The notes: generated by a model not told the origin, from the letters alone. A stretch of 63,997 nt of DNA, filler included, from Collodictyon triciliatum (GCA_043381765.1; 6 parts of 6 records of this genome joined end to end with filler, not necessarily neighbours in it); one strand, 5' to 3'; positions 35,245-49,339 are shown, counted from the first letter of the whole stretch. Numbers and translations are program-made.

Positions 35245-36807
35245 ATGGATAGCCGCGAGATGCATAGGTGTGTGAGTCAGCCCGCTGAGATGGATGAATC
35301 GCCAAGCTCTCAACAAAATGGAGCCTTCCATCCGTTCACTTCATTTCCTCGAGACGGAAACAGTTGCGGTGTGTGCCCTTCATCACAGAGCAGTAAGTTT
35401 CACCGTGGGCTATATTCACTCAGACAAGAGCGAGACCGACAGCCTAGTTGGGGCGAATCGTTCAGGCAAGCGACCGTGATATGGTGGAGAGTAATTTGGA
35501 GAAGTTTGCCAGTTTTGTATGCAACAACCTTGACCATGTGGGTATACTATTCACCAGCGATATTTCTTTCCTCCGAGTTGTTGTGTGATGTCAAGAAGGT
35601 TGTTTTTGAACACTTGTTACGGGCAATACGACTGATGCTGTTCTGGGGCTCTATGGGCCTTACTGCTGTAGAAATATTTAGTTTTCAGTTTGCATCCAAA
35701 TCTTTGTTATTTGCCCTCGCGCCGGGATATGTATTAGAAAATATTATTGCTTTCGTAACAGAGTTGCAGTCTCCAATCTACCTGAATGTAGGGTATTTAT
35801 CTTCCTTGGCATTCCTTGGTCTTGCATTTTACTTGATTTACAAACAAGAGAAACCAGTGAATAGCAGCCCAGAGCAGGAGTCGCATTATAACATGACAAA
35901 GGACGGTTCTGTCTCGGCATTATTCAAAGGGTTGTTGTGCACTTTTGTTTTGTTAATTTTTGTTTTCATCAATATATTAACAATGTATTTAGGGTCGGAG
36001 TTTCATATCCAGATTCTATTTAGAGTTGTACTATTTCCTGTCAGCTTCGGTTTGTCCAAATGGATGCACACCATGCTAATATTCGATCTCCCACCAGAAA
36101 ATGCGGAAAGGAGACTATTGCTATATAAGTTGACCAATCATTATATCCAATTCATTGGGAGAATCCTCTTATCAAATATTGTTGTTGACAGCGTTGTATC
36201 TGTCGAATTCATAACGATTAGTTTCATCGTTTCTTTCTTCGAAATGGTTTACTCAATTACTTTACCTTATCGTGCTGCTGTCTCTTACAAAGCCCAGAAT
36301 ATTCTGGCGTATTTCTCAGTAGTTGTAAAATCTGTATTCATCATGAAAAATCAAGTGGAACACATTCCTGCCTTCTCTAATGCACAACTAGATCCTAATG
36401 TAAACGAAGACCGTATATCCTTCCCGGGGAACGAAACGAATAGCAAAGAAAAGTATATACAGGCAGCTGTTTCATTCCGATACAAACACATATGTGATGA
36501 CATAACATCGGAAATACATGGAATAGTAATAGCTCCTTTACTAATGTACTTTATTCATCGACTTGTTGTGGATGAATCACTCCAGCCAATACAAAAATTT
36601 CAGGATGTTTTGTGGTATGTACTAATACAGTTGTTCTTTGAGTCTTTGCAGGGCATTGTATCTCTTGGATATGGAGTTCGGAGAAAAAATATCACGCAAA
36701 TGAATTTCAGCGATTGGAAGCCATCTTCTGGAAAAACAATATATGCATGGTCTCTATTGTGTGCCTTCTCTATTCATGTACTTTTGCTCGATAATTTGAA
36801 TAGCTAA
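35245..36807 (+). CDS. Intronless multi-pass membrane protein of unknown family (520 aa)
   Basis: Uninterrupted ORF with roughly 9-11 hydrophobic segments; AATAAA follows the stop. Confidence 0.75.
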   Translation: MDSREMHRCVSQPAEMDESPSSQQNGAFHPFTSFPRDGNSCGVCPSSQSSKFHRGLYSLRQERDRQPSWGESFRQATVIWWRVIWRSLPVLYATTLTMWVYYSPAIFLSSELLCDVKKVVFEHLLRAIRLMLFWGSMGLTAVEIFSFQFASKSLLFALAPGYVLENIIAFVTELQSPIYLNVGYLSSLAFLGLAFYLIYKQEKPVNSSPEQESHYNMTKDGSVSALFKGLLCTFVLLIFVFINILTMYLGSEFHIQILFRVVLFPVSFGLSKWMHTMLIFDLPPENAERRLLLYKLTNHYIQFIGRILLSNIVVDSVVSVEFITISFIVSFFEMVYSITLPYRAAVSYKAQNILAYFSVVVKSVFIMKNQVEHIPAFSNAQLDPNVNEDRISFPGNETNSKEKYIQAAVSFRYKHICDDITSEIHGIVIAPLLMYFIHRLVVDESLQPIQKFQDVLWYVLIQLFFESLQGIVSLGYGVRRKNITQMNFSDWKPSSGKTIYAWSLLCAFSIHVLLLDNLNS

Positions 36808-36888
36808 TGGAATAAATAAAACAGTCTGTTACCAAGCTAATGAAAACAACTTGCCTCTTTTAAATCATTGAAAATTTCGTTTAATAAT

Positions 36889-36907
36889 TTTTTTCCCTTT
36901 ATTCGAT
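36889..36907 (-). mobile_element. Ultra-short LINE 3' stub (family A)
   Basis: ATCGAATAAAGGG-A(n) on the minus strand between AAAATTTC(G/A)TTTAATAAT repeats (36871-36888 / 36908-36925). Confidence 0.75.
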
Positions 36908-37736
36908 AAAATTTCATTTAATAATGAGATGCAAACTACTAATTCCAAACTCTTTTTTCAAATCTACTGAGCTATTTTTATTCTCTACTGAATATCTTTT
37001 GGCCTATTTTTCTTTCTGGGTCGACCTTCAATTATAGTTAGAGGCTCCATAGTTGAGTCGGCCAGACCCAATCCTTGAGGCTCATTAAGAAAAAAGAAAA
37101 AAAGAAAAAAAGAAAAAAAGAAAAGAAAAGAAAGAAAAAAGAAAAAGAAAAAAGAAAAAGAAAAAAGAAAAAGAAAAAAGAAAAAAAAAGAAAAAATTAG
37201 ACTTTTTTAGATGCTTAGGTTTACTATTTTGCTCCTCTCCTTCCCCTTTTTCTTTCCCTCTTTTTCTAATAAACGAGCCATGCGATACGAGATGGTCTCC
37301 CGAGCACATGAACTTATCATAAATCTACTAAATGGAAAGGTGGCTTTAGTGACAAACTCTATACTAGCACACTCACCCAGCTTGTTCATCTTGTATTAAA
37401 AGTATATTTATCTTTCATATACTATCGAAATAAAAAGATATCCGCGAATGATAGGCATAGCTTAGGTGGTCTTGGGACCCATGAGATTTCAACACGTTAA
37501 TTCTGCCCCACAGTGACTTGGATGTAACCTCAATCGATACTTTTATTCCAATCACTTCGAGAAGTCTCTTGAGTTTTTTTTTTTTTAGCACCGCATGGTT
37601 CCTTCATTTTGCATGGAATATCATTTATTGGAAAGGTCGCATCGTAGTTGATGAGGGATTTATGTTTATTATTGCGTTTGATAGTGAAGTAGAGCATGCT
37701 TTGCCTTTGCTTTTGAGTGTCACTGATGATAGGAAG

Positions 37737-40189
37737 CTATTTCTGATCGCGATTGGGGGTTAATAGTAAAGTGAAGCGTTCACAATCGATATGATGAAGA
37801 CACCAATTCCAAAAGCCAGGAGTAAGGACGGGTAAAGCTTTTCTCGTAGAAGTGTCTTGGGTATGAATGATAGTCAATGTCAACAAATACAAAAGTTTAA
37901 CAAATGGACCTGGTGGTTAGTAACAAATATTGATAAATAGAAAACCCCCACTTACATGCTGAAACGAGCACATGAAAAGATATGGCGGAACTATAAAGCT
38001 CAGAAAGATTGTAATTATAATGCCAATAAGTCCTAGCGCCTATTCATTAAGCAAAGAAAGTTAAAGGATACCACTAGTATTCACGCGGATATCTGTATTT
38101 TTATTTATTTATGTATTGAATATACTGGGATGAATTCATTACATTGTCAACTCTCTCCGAGATACTGACAAGAGTTGTTCCCAGGGCAAGAATACTTGCA
38201 CTTGATATAGCCAAGAGAAACCTCGAAGGGGGAGAGGCGTTGATTATGACAGATTCTGAATTTTGAAGATCCTAATAAAATTGAGGTATTTTTTTTTTTA
38301 AAAAAACCCCAGGTAATGGTAGGTGGGAATTGAAGTTTTGAGTAATAGGAAAATCACAGCAGGATGTGTTAGTCATGAAACGGTTTATGATAAAATGCTA
38401 GGTATACCGTCAGATATGATATTGGCTTTTCTGTCTGAAAGATACGGACGAGAAATTGAATTGATTTAAACCCAGCGTTCGTCATGATAGGGAACTTAAC
38501 AAGTAAAGCAATAGCAAGGGCAACTTTTCCTGCAGGAGGGTATGGTAAGATTTCTGTAGACAACAGTTTAGTCATTTCATGTTTATTAGGCAGTGCCTGA
38601 TAATTCCTTACACATGTAAGTTTGAACAATACCTGGCGTAGTTGAATCGATATTTTGGTCCTCTTTAATATGTTTTTAAAGTAAAGAAAGTGCAAATTTA
38701 TCAAGGAGGTTAGGATAACATATACCGACGTTGAACAAAGAGTCGTGTGTATAATTAAAATAGTTTTTTTTTTGTGCGGGAAAAAAAAATGAACATAGAC
38801 TTTGTAAAATCATACCAGATGATAGGACACAACCTAGGGTACCAAGGAAAACATATAGCACTAAAAAAAAAATATAGACGATTAGACAAATACATCTTGA
38901 AGATTTTCGGACAGTTGGTCATTATAAGTAATTTTCTAGGACCAGGGATTGAAGAATGGTCGTTTTGAAAATGAATGCAAAGAGGATGTGACAAAGATGA
39001 TAGAAAAATCATTACAATAATTTTTAACTTTATTCTATTGCACACTGAATCCAAAAGATACCATGAGAAATAGCAACCGGAACGTATGTGAGACTTTCTG
39101 CTGCTACATCGGGGACGGGCTGGGGAAGTTCATTGTATATTGGCATAAACTAAAGGTTTGATGATATTGCACTGGTGAGAGAAGGGGAGAGAGAGTAACT
39201 ATTATACCATTTGAATGCATTTCAGTGAATCAAATAATTGGAATGCCATAGTAATAGAAGAGTGTGACCTGTAAGTTACAATTCAAGGCGAAAATGATCA
39301 TGGGTATGGCATTTATTGTTCTGGTTGTTGGTGATTGCTGGGAATAAGATAGTGAATAGGTAGAAAGTTTTGCTTCATATAGCATAGAAGCACAAATTAC
39401 TGACATAGAACACTTTCATTTCAGAATTTTGATAGTGTTCTTGAATAAATTAAATAGCTACAGTGAACACGGAAATAATAAAAATAAAATCAAGCACTTG
39501 TGTAAGGTTAGGGTAATGTTGACATTCTAAAATATGAACATACCTTGGTATACGATTTGAGGCTTTCTTTTGATACATATGATATTTTGATCATTGTGAG
39601 AGAGATTAGAATCACGATGTAGATGATTGCTGCTACTGCAGAAATCTTGAGATTATCAACTTTGTTGATATTGCATAGGATAAATGAGGCGACCTAGAAT
39701 TAAATTACCCCGGTTGAACATCCACTACTATACAATAAATCAAGAGAAAAATAACGGGAATAAATATATTTCTTTGAGAAAACTCACAGCGACTATAAAA
39801 ACAATAAAAGGAAATCCTTTTCCTTGAAAAATCGCCTTTGAAATGTTCTCCTCTGTGTTTTCAAGATCAGCCAGGAGCAGGTCTCGGACCACTGTAGTGT
39901 CATTTATATTAGACACAATCCAGAATATCAGTGTCATTATGGTACATATTATTAGGACTATAAAGGAATGATCAAAACACATACACAGCAGGAATGAAGT
40001 AACGAAAGTAAACATCTCTGTAGCAATCAAGATGTCGATTGCAATACAAAAATAGGGCCCACCGATTTTCAATGCTATCTAATCATGCGAATAAAATTTT
40101 TAATGGTGGCTCGGAGTTATCCATGTATTTCATAATTGAATTTCATATGGGTTGGTGATTGATTGAACAGAAAGGGAAAAAAAAAAAAA

Positions 40190-40239
<50 letters not shown>

Positions 40240-41326
40240 GGAATTATATCTAAGAGAGTAGAAAACTAATTGCGAATAGTATCATAAGAAAAACCTGTCC
40301 ATAAGACAACTGCCTTGTAATGACACTCAATTTGTGCATTAGATACAATGAGTAGCGAGTTGTCAGAGCAGATATGGTCAGAATCAATATTCCAAGAGGT
40401 ACCCCAGTCGACTGCAGCAAATAAATGATCCCATTAATAAAAAAAAAAAAGATAAATTAATTCACGTGTAAAAGTGAATTATCCCATAGTAAGTTTTAAA
40501 TTTTTGTTCTGCAAATAAGGATATTAATGAGATTTGGAGAGTAAATCAGGCTTTGATTCATCTAAATTATGAATAGCAATACCGATAAGAAATAAAGGCG
40601 ATAATAGTCAATGAATCAAATAGATAAAGAATGGACAAAGCCCCTATTTGGCGCAAATCGAAAGAAGAAGAAAGAAGAAAGAAGAAAGAAGAAAGAAGAA
40701 AGAAGAAAGAAGAAAGAAGAAAGAAGAAAGAAGAAAGAAGAAAGAAGAAAGAAGAAGAAAAAAGAAGAAAAAAGAAGAAAAAAGAAGAAAAAAGAAGAAG
40801 AAAAGAAGAAGAAAAGAAGAAGAAAAGAAGAAGAAAAGAAGAAGAAAAGAAAAGAAGAAAAAAAAAGAACCTGAAATGAGTCTGCAAGATCAAAAAGACC
40901 AACACCGATAATTATGTTTATCAAGTTCAGTTGAGCCATCGGCAAAGTTGTGGTTCCGACAGCCCAATCAGGGCCATAGTGATAGAACCGGAAGCCAGTG
41001 CTGACCGGATTTGCATTCGAGTCACCGTTTTCATCAAAGACAGTGGAGGCCTTCGCTATTCGGCGCGTGTAGCCATCGGGATTTGATCCGAGGACGGGAC
41101 TCTCTGGTCGGTTGTGAGTGTTTCGGCGCGGAATGAAAATGCCAAAGGCTTCGGGCGCATCGACCCAGGAGTCTGAATGGTCGTTCCTTGAGGGTTGTTT
41201 GCCCTCCGAGTCGCTGACTCCGTCCCGATCGATGTAAAAGTCGAAAGGAGAGGCAGTGTACTCGGTATTGTAGCTCTCAAAGGAGGTCCCTGGCATCCCG
41301 CGGTGAGGAGAAAGAAACTGCGACAT
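37737..41326 (-). CDS. Amino-acid transporter-like protein (AAAP/SLC38 family), multi-exon
   Basis: Hydrophilic N-tail, then AQLNLINIIIGVGLFDLADSFQ|STGWVPLGILIL..YSLYLM..LSYG (TM1-2 pattern N.IIG.G...L...F...GW); later KVALAIALLVKFPI, LGLIGII..FIVPPYLF, LLLAFGIGVFIISIV. Middle exons not fully resolved. Confidence 0.65.
40660..40868 (+). repeat. GAA-rich intronic repeat
   Basis: Direct reading. Confidence 0.9.
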
Positions 41327-41435
41327 GTCTGTTTGGATCGAGCCAGGAAAGAGGGGGTCGTGTGCGGAGGAGGGAAAAATCTTAGCATTAAGGTTGGAGT
41401 CTTTTTTTTCCTTGGTTTTCTTGTTCAGAGGAGAA

Positions 41436-41822
41436 GAAATAGAAATAGAAATAGAAATAGAAATAGAAATAGAAATAGAAATAGAAATAGAAATAGAAAT
41501 AGAAATAGAAATAGAAATAGAAATAGAAATAGAAAAGAAAAAGAAAAGAAAAAGAAAAGAAAAAGAAAAGAAAAAGAAAAGAAAAAGAAAAGAAAAAGAA
41601 AAGAAAAAGAAAAGAAAAAGAAAAAAGGAAAAAGGACTTCCAGGAGGAGTGGAGTGTCAAGTACACAAAGAAAGAGACAAAGACAAAGACAAAGACAAAG
41701 ACAAAGACAAAGACAAAGACAAAGACAAAGACAAAGACAAAGACAAAGACAAAGAAAGAGAAAGAAAGAGAAAGAAAGAGAAAGAAAGAGAAAGAAAGAG
41801 AAAGAAAGAGAAAGAGAAAGAG
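41436..41822 (+). repeat. Compound microsatellite (AGAAAT)n, (GAAAA)n, (GACAAA)n, (GAAA/GA)n
   Basis: Direct reading. Confidence 0.92.
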
Positions 41823-42603
41823 GTTACGGCTCCTCACAGTTTATGTTGTTTCTCATTTTGTTATCTTTCCTTTCGTTTTCGAATAAAGGGCAGAGGGGAA
41901 AAAAAAAAAACATCTTTTCGTTCTGTTTTCTCTCTCGAACGTAGTTTACAGCAAAAATATCAGGCGGGGTTGACGGTTTGGGCAGAGGCTGTTCGTTTCG
42001 ATCGCCATTTCCTGCCTCATGCGCGGTGCCAGCGGCTGGGTTTTTGATAGGCGCGGATGCCACCGCAACGAGAATGGCGTAACTAGTTCTGGAAATTATA
42101 CTTTTATGAACATTTAAGTATATCCCATGCTCTTGTGCGCCTCATATTATATTATTTGCTTGATGCGATGTTAGGATCTCTCCAGCAAGTAGAGACCAGG
42201 GCCGACGCATTAGGGTTCGCTTGAGGCTCGGGTGACTGCTTCACAGGAAGACCTCTTTGTTGCCATTCTCGCTCGCTTTGATACATATTGTGTAACTTGC
42301 GCAAAGAAAGGAAAGGAAAAATGAATTAGAAATTGAAAGACAGAGTATGGTCACAACTAATCACTCATCGGGATCAAAGGGAATGCCAATTAGCTCACTG
42401 ATTACTGCATGCTGTGGAGCTTGAGACATCTTTCCAATTTATTTCGTTGGGGCGTGTAAAAATACAGGTTTCTTCTTGGTAAATCTATAACGAAAGGTAA
42501 TCCTAGAGAGGGTTTACAATTTGGATGGGAAGGCCTCCTCATGCTATTTTCAACTTTTTTTTTCTTCTTCTTTCCGTCCCTTCATCCTTCTGAAGAGAAA
42601 TCA

Positions 42604-44276
42604 TCATTTCTCATCCAACGGAGATACTCCAGTGTAGGACTGATCAGAGATTATTTCAAGCAATCGAATTGCAGTCGGGTCGTGGTAGTCTAGGATGTAT
42701 TCTCGAAGAATATCGAGGTCTCGCTCTCTTTCCAGGCTGTTTTTCTCCGAAAAGTCTTGGACAGCCTCAAACACACTTCGCTGGTGCTCATGTTTTCGTA
42801 GGATGAGTTCGTTGATATTTCCTGTGCTGGGCCCAAGGACTTCGTATATTTTGACTGGTTTGGTTCTAGTTGGGTTGATTCATAATTATCAAAAGATACA
42901 TAGAATACGTGATTCCCTCGATGAAAGATAATGACAAACTAACATACAAACTAACATATCAGATATATTGGATTAAAATAAAGAGAAAAGACACGAAAAA
43001 CAAAGGAAAAAAAAAAAGATGATATATATCAGAAATATGCGTTATGACACCAGATAATACTTAATAATAGGTACATATTGATTAGAAAAAAAATTCGTTT
43101 AATTTGAGCAGAAATGGAAAATACAAAAGTTTTCTACACATACCTTCCTTTGACAATCACATATTCTAGCGGACGGCAAATGAATGAATGTTTTACTGCC
43201 TCATAGGTAGTATCACTGATTATCAGACTAGTATCGTACCTTTTATTCAGTCCTTCGAGCCTGGAATGTGTGACAACTTTCTTTTTAGAAATACAAATAA
43301 AAGAAAATAAGCTTTAAAATTCAATTGCATGGAAGCAGCCATAATAAACCCAACGATTGCATATGCTCAATAACTTATATGCTATATTTTACCTAGAACT
43401 AAGATTGACCGCATCGCCAACAGCACCATATTTCATCCTGCTATTAGACCCGATATTTCCCACTAATACATCACCCGTATGTATTCCAATTCTCATCGAC
43501 AAGGGTTCTTGTATATAACCTTGAGATATCCAATACCGATTCAACTCCTTCAATGATGCCTACTCAAAAAAATACAGAATATACTTGAGTAAATTATGTG
43601 GTTATATACCATTTAATGCATGATGTTAACAAGATAGAGAGCTAAACATACTTGCTGAAGTAAGGCAGTGTTAACTGCGACGACTTCATGATTCTTAAGA
43701 GATATAGGAGCGTTCCAAAAAGACTGCAAATATGGTTTAAATTATGAAAACTATGAAAATTTATCTCCATTGTATGAATGGAATTAGAAACTCAATTTAG
43801 AAGAGAGTTATTTCTATATGTATGTGTGTGATGGAGAGTGAGAACAAACCATGGTTCCGTCTCCAATAAAATCACATAGGACACCATCGGAATTAGATAT
43901 ATGGGATGTCATCTCCTCCAAGTAATCTGCCAGCAACAAAAGGAGAGTATCGATGGGCAAGGACTCAGCCAGCTTTGTAAAATTCTTTAGATCTGCGAAC
44001 GTCGATTGTTTTTATTTACCTTAGAGAAAGTTCAGAAAAAAATGAAAGGCTATTTTCAATTATACGTCCAGTATTACCCGTAAACATGATCGTCAACTTT
44101 TTCCTTTCAACATAAAGGTCATTGGCAATCGCTGCATTAGCCATTATTCTTTTTACTACAGACATTGGAACAAATTTTCCAAAAGTTCTTAGAGCAGTAT
44201 CCATTTTCTAGTTAGGTTTTTTGTTTATATAAGAATTAGTAAGAATTATTGTGCAAATTAAATAGAACAATTAAAA

Positions 44277-44343
<67 letters not shown>

Positions 44344-47300
44344 CAAGAAAAAGCAAGAAAAAGCAAGAAAAAGCAAGAAAAAGCAAGAAAAAGCAAGAAA
44401 AAAGAAGAAAGAGAGGGGTTATTTTGATCACCAGTTTTATGCAATATTCGATTTGATAAGTTACATGAAACGATTTCTGTATCCGAGATACTTCATTAAT
44501 CGGCGAGTTGCCCAATCCCTACGTTTAGACATTAAAGTTTTATTTACGTGATGCAGTTCAGTTTCTCATTTTGCGTGAATCAAAAGGAGTTTTCTTAAAA
44601 AAAAAAAAAAAGCAAAACAGCGAAATGCAGAGTAAAATAGAATAATATCAAAGAGTCATCAAAGTATATATATCTTTTGATTCATATAGTAATATTACGG
44701 ATGTTTTCTTGTGGTTAAACTTGAGCTGAGAAATCTCATACATAGCGTCAGCAATATCTTTTAATGGCCTGTTTTTGAAAAATGATACATTAATAACCAT
44801 TGTTATACTCCCAAAGAGGTGACGCGTGCTCCACATGCGAGCGCTGCTCAGTTCAGCCAAAATAAAAACAAAATAAAAACAAAATAAAAACAAAATAAAA
44901 ACAAAATAAAAACAAAATAAAAACAAAATAAAAACAAAATAAAAACAAAATAAAAACAAAAATTAAAGCAAACAAACAGATGAACTAGAAGCACGCATAA
45001 ATCAACGAAGGAACCTTTCGACTAACCTTGTCACAAACATGGAGAATCCGAGTAAGAGGATCTCAAAACCACCGATTAATGTAAATACATATGTCATAGT
45101 AATCCATGCATTCTTGTTAATCTCTGACATATACACTGATTTTGACACCAAACTTGTTATAGTCCATTCCAATCCATCTCGACGAAGTGCGGATGAGCTG
45201 ATGAAATAGTCTTCACCGCTTATCTAAAATTGGGATGCAAATCATAAGCGGTTACGTGACTCTCCCCAAATATAGATACACTGTTTTCCTCGGTAGAAAA
45301 TATTTCTTTTATGATTTACGTACACGTATCGTATCTGTTTTCAGTTGAGGCCCGTCCTCTTTAAGTCCAATTAGGATAAAAAATTACATTTTTAAATCAG
45401 GGAATTTTGAATCGAATAAATGAAAAAAAAAAGGGGGGACTATGTTTTTTTTTAAATTATGTTATCACATTTTATCATATAAATACTACAAAAGCGCACA
45501 GTGTTAAAATTACCCCTAATAGGATTTTCCTTCATATATTTTGACACAGCCCTGGTAATAGGATTATCGAAATCGTCAATAACTCTCGCGATGCGAGTCC
45601 CTTCACAGCTATTACTTTTTTCCTGGCACCCAACCAGCTCGAGACTCAATGAGCTTCCAATCAAATGCCTTTTATGGTCAGTCACAAATATTGATATGTC
45701 TTGCTCCGCCTATCAAACATATGTAAGGTCTGGTGAGGAAACCGTACGCGAATAATCAAACAATAATTTATTTTATATATAAATATAAGAGCATTTGTTG
45801 ATACATATTTGAGAGCTATTGTGAGTATATGAAGGTTACCTTAACGTTTGCTATTATGGAGTCGACAAAGCCCAATTCTAAATCGGAACAGAGGACACCG
45901 ACGAATTCGCCATCCCTAGTATAGGCACCGGATGACCTAAAAACGACCAAACCCATAACGAAAATTAATTGAGAGTAAAAAATGAACTTTGACACCATTA
46001 AGTCAATGAAGAGTTATTTTACTCAGTAAAAGCACAACTTTGCTTCTTGAAAAATCGAAATGAAGGACTAAATAGTCATCAAAATACAGCACCTTATAGT
46101 ATAAAAGCATACCGAGTTATCCAATAACGGTCCTCCCAAATGTAAAGATCTGTCCATGTAGACTGACTTTTATTCTCAGGATCGATAATTGAATACCAAA
46201 GTCCTGCAAAATTGTTGATTTATACAAACGTGATTGAGCATCTCATAAAATCATAGAATTCAGCAAGGGAGTCTCAATTATTTTTTTTCTGTTAACGTCA
46301 TTAATATGGATAATATGCTTATATCAGTGTGAAAATGTATATGACCACCAATCTATTTCGACTGACCTTGGAGATTTTGGGGGTCTAGATTCGACCAAGA
46401 GACGTTTCCTTTATTCCCTGTATAATCAGAAAAGTACTCTGTGGTCGTGCCATTCACAGTTTCCCATAAGCCATAATTCATAGTCTAGGTTGGGGTGGAT
46501 AAAAGTATAACTCAAAGAGAAAAAAATGTATATGATCATCTGAGCGAAGATGAATGTATTTTCTATATATAAAAAAACAAAAAAAAACAGTAAATTATTT
46601 CACTAATTAACATATACTATATCTTACACCAGGATAAATAAAATGGCCCCATAGCTCTCCTTTTTTTGTGGTTATGGTGGCCGTGGATGAGTCTCTATCA
46701 TATTTATACAAAGTTTTAATATCAAATATATATGTATGTATACAATTTATACAGAAGAGTTTTGCGCAAATGAAAAGTACAGAATTTGCAGATACGTTAA
46801 CACGTATGTAGCCAACCATTTACTTATAGCATCTTTACGTAGTGATCTTTATACCAAGGAGAAAAAGAAAGAATTGATTAAAACATATAGCACACCTGAA
46901 AGTTCGAACTTCACTCCAAAATATCTTCATGAGTGAACGGAGATCCTTCACATATATACATATTTGTAAGAATATAGTTGAAAACTAAAAGTACCATATA
47001 GCTTAGTATTAAAGTAGCTGATAAAAAAATTAGGGCATGATCATACGTCGTCGTGCAAGGGATTGAAAAGTCCAGATTCGATGATTTTCTTATTTGTAGC
47101 AACAATATCCTCAGCATGTAAAAGGCTCTCGTTGAAAGATGTGGAAAGTCTGATTTGAACCTTATAATTAAGATGCCATATTTCACCTTAGTCTCATCGT
47201 GACATTATAATGAAACTATTCAATTTTCGTATGATTTTTCATCATACCTCTTTCTGTAAACTACGCGTCACTTTTGAAATACTGTCTTGTGACGATCGGT

Positions 47301-47848
47301 AGGTCAAATACCTTTATTTATTTAGTAAATAAATTATGTATGTGTTACACATAAGTTAAAATAGATGAGTTTACAGGCAGAAAACTATATTAACTCTCGT
47401 ATGGATAAGCTTAATATTACCAAGAAAGCGTGCCAGCGGTGACAGTTGCGACCAAGAGCGATACAACGATAATGCCACGTAGAGAAAGATACCTAGATAT
47501 GTTCTTTGATCTGACTGTAAAGCAGGACTTCTCCTTCATGTCCTCTAAGCGAGGAGGCTCAGTCCAAGCCTGTATAGTTTAGGTATAACTAGCAACTAAA
47601 GCAACTTTGAATCGAATAAAGGAAAAAAAAACTAGCAACTAAAGCACAAACAAAAGAAGCTTACAATTATCCTTGGGAAAAGGAAGAAACGATCACAAGA
47701 AATGTTCGACATATAATACTTGATAATGATAAAAACTATTTTGTACCGGAGCATTGCGAGTGACTGTGTTTCTTCTCTTCGCCAGGTCATTTTCTCCATA
47801 AAGTTCAGAGGAAGAGACAACTCGAATACTCGCTCGACCACCGTGCAT
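42604..47848 (-). CDS. Receptor-type class III nucleotidyl cyclase (TM, Cache-like sensor, TM, HAMP, cyclase), multi-exon
   Basis: Catalytic domain LRTFGKFVP..LTIMFT|DLKNFTKLAE..VLCDFIGDGTM|SFWNAP..MRIGIHTGDVLVGNIGSNSRMKYGAVGDAVNLSSR|LEGLNKRYDTSLIISDTTY..IVKG|RTKPVKIYEV. Sensor motifs LWY..STWTDLY..GEFVGVLCSDLEL; HAMP RPLKDIADAMYEI. Start codon tentative. Confidence 0.88.
47604..47630 (+). mobile_element. Ultra-short LINE 3' stub (family A) in a cyclase intron
   Basis: ACTTTGAATCGAATAAAGG-A(n) between perfect 16-bp ACTAGCAACTAAAGCA repeats (47588-47603 / 47631-47646). Confidence 0.85.
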
Positions 47849-49240
47849 AGCGCAGGACTTGTGAAGGTCACTTAACTATCCAACAAGCGATCGAAAAAAA
47901 GACAAAAAGAAAAAGAAAAAGAAAAAGAAAAAGAAAAAGAAAAAGAAAAGAAAAAGAAAAGAAAAAGAAATTGAAAAAGAAATTGAAAAAGAAAAAGAAA
48001 AAATAAAGCATTAATAGGATCATAGCAACCAAGTAACCGGCCGACTCAAGCAAGGAACACTTTCACTGGCGACTATTCCACCACCACTTTTCTCTTGGCC
48101 TCTAGTTCTACATCTACCCTCCCACAGGTTCAGCAAGCAAAAGCCGGACGCCTATCTCGACCAACCCTCCTTTGGGCCGAGGGAATGCGGGGCGATTTGG
48201 ACCGCCCACAGAGCCACATAAGCAAGAGCCGCTTCTCTGATGCCCTGCGGACTTGTCTCCACACACTTTTCCGCCTGCCTTGCTACTCGCAAGCGCCCAC
48301 CCGCATCCGTCGGCGCGCTATGTGTGATCATCTCGCCCTCGCCGCAAGCATTCGCTGGCTACTTTTCTCTTTTCTCAATCCTTTTTTTTTCTTTTCTTCT
48401 TTTGCCACGGGCATTGCAGTGGGCGAGAAAACAGACGCGTGTTTGCCTCGGGCGCGTGGGTTTGAATGGTGGGCTAAATATGGATATTACCATACAGAGA
48501 TTTATTTGTGCCTAATTTGGTGGACGTTGGCAGGAAAAATCACCCGAATAAGGGTTTCACAGGCCGTTATATTGAGGGATATGCACGGATAGGGAAAGTT
48601 TTTCTGGGATTGTTGGGCCAATTGTGGAATAATCGATATTGCCTTGCTTAACTAGGCGAACAGCTAAATGATGACGTAAGATGTTCCGGTTTATTTCTTG
48701 GCTGTGCGCCAATGTGTGATGTGATTGCGGCTGCGTATCGGTATCGCATCAGTGAGGTGTGAGCGAAGGCAAAGCATGGCATCGAGATTACAGCCCCCTG
48801 AAACGAGCGGTGTGATGGCTTGTAATTAATTATTTTTATTTTTTGTTCAACCAGCTGCAGTTATTAAGCCTAATATAAAGTTAAAGAAAAGGCATCAGAG
48901 CCGTAGCTACGATTCTTTTTTTAATTAGTATTATTATTTCTCAGTCACATATTCTCTCTTTACATTTGCACGAGATGTGAGGTTTCAATCGGCCTACTGG
49001 CCTTCATTTGCTGGTCATTACTTCGGATGGGTGGCTGGGAGAAAGTTGGCTGTTGGGAATCGCACTATATCTACTATTTTTAATTCACATCATTTTGGAA
49101 AACTCCTGTAAAATCTGATGTTCTTTAACTTAAGGGCTGTGTTTTCCATGCACTTGCGCACTCATATTATGTCTCGTCTATGTCTTTTCTTTTCATTATC
49201 TAAGCGCCCTTTTTATTTTTATATCGAGCGTCTGAGTTTT

Positions 49241-49339
<99 letters not shown>

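Noticed and set aside
37275-37300. PCDTRWS resembling the hAT transposase TRW motif
   Set aside because: An isolated heptapeptide in a stop-rich frame, with no other transposase motifs or TIRs.
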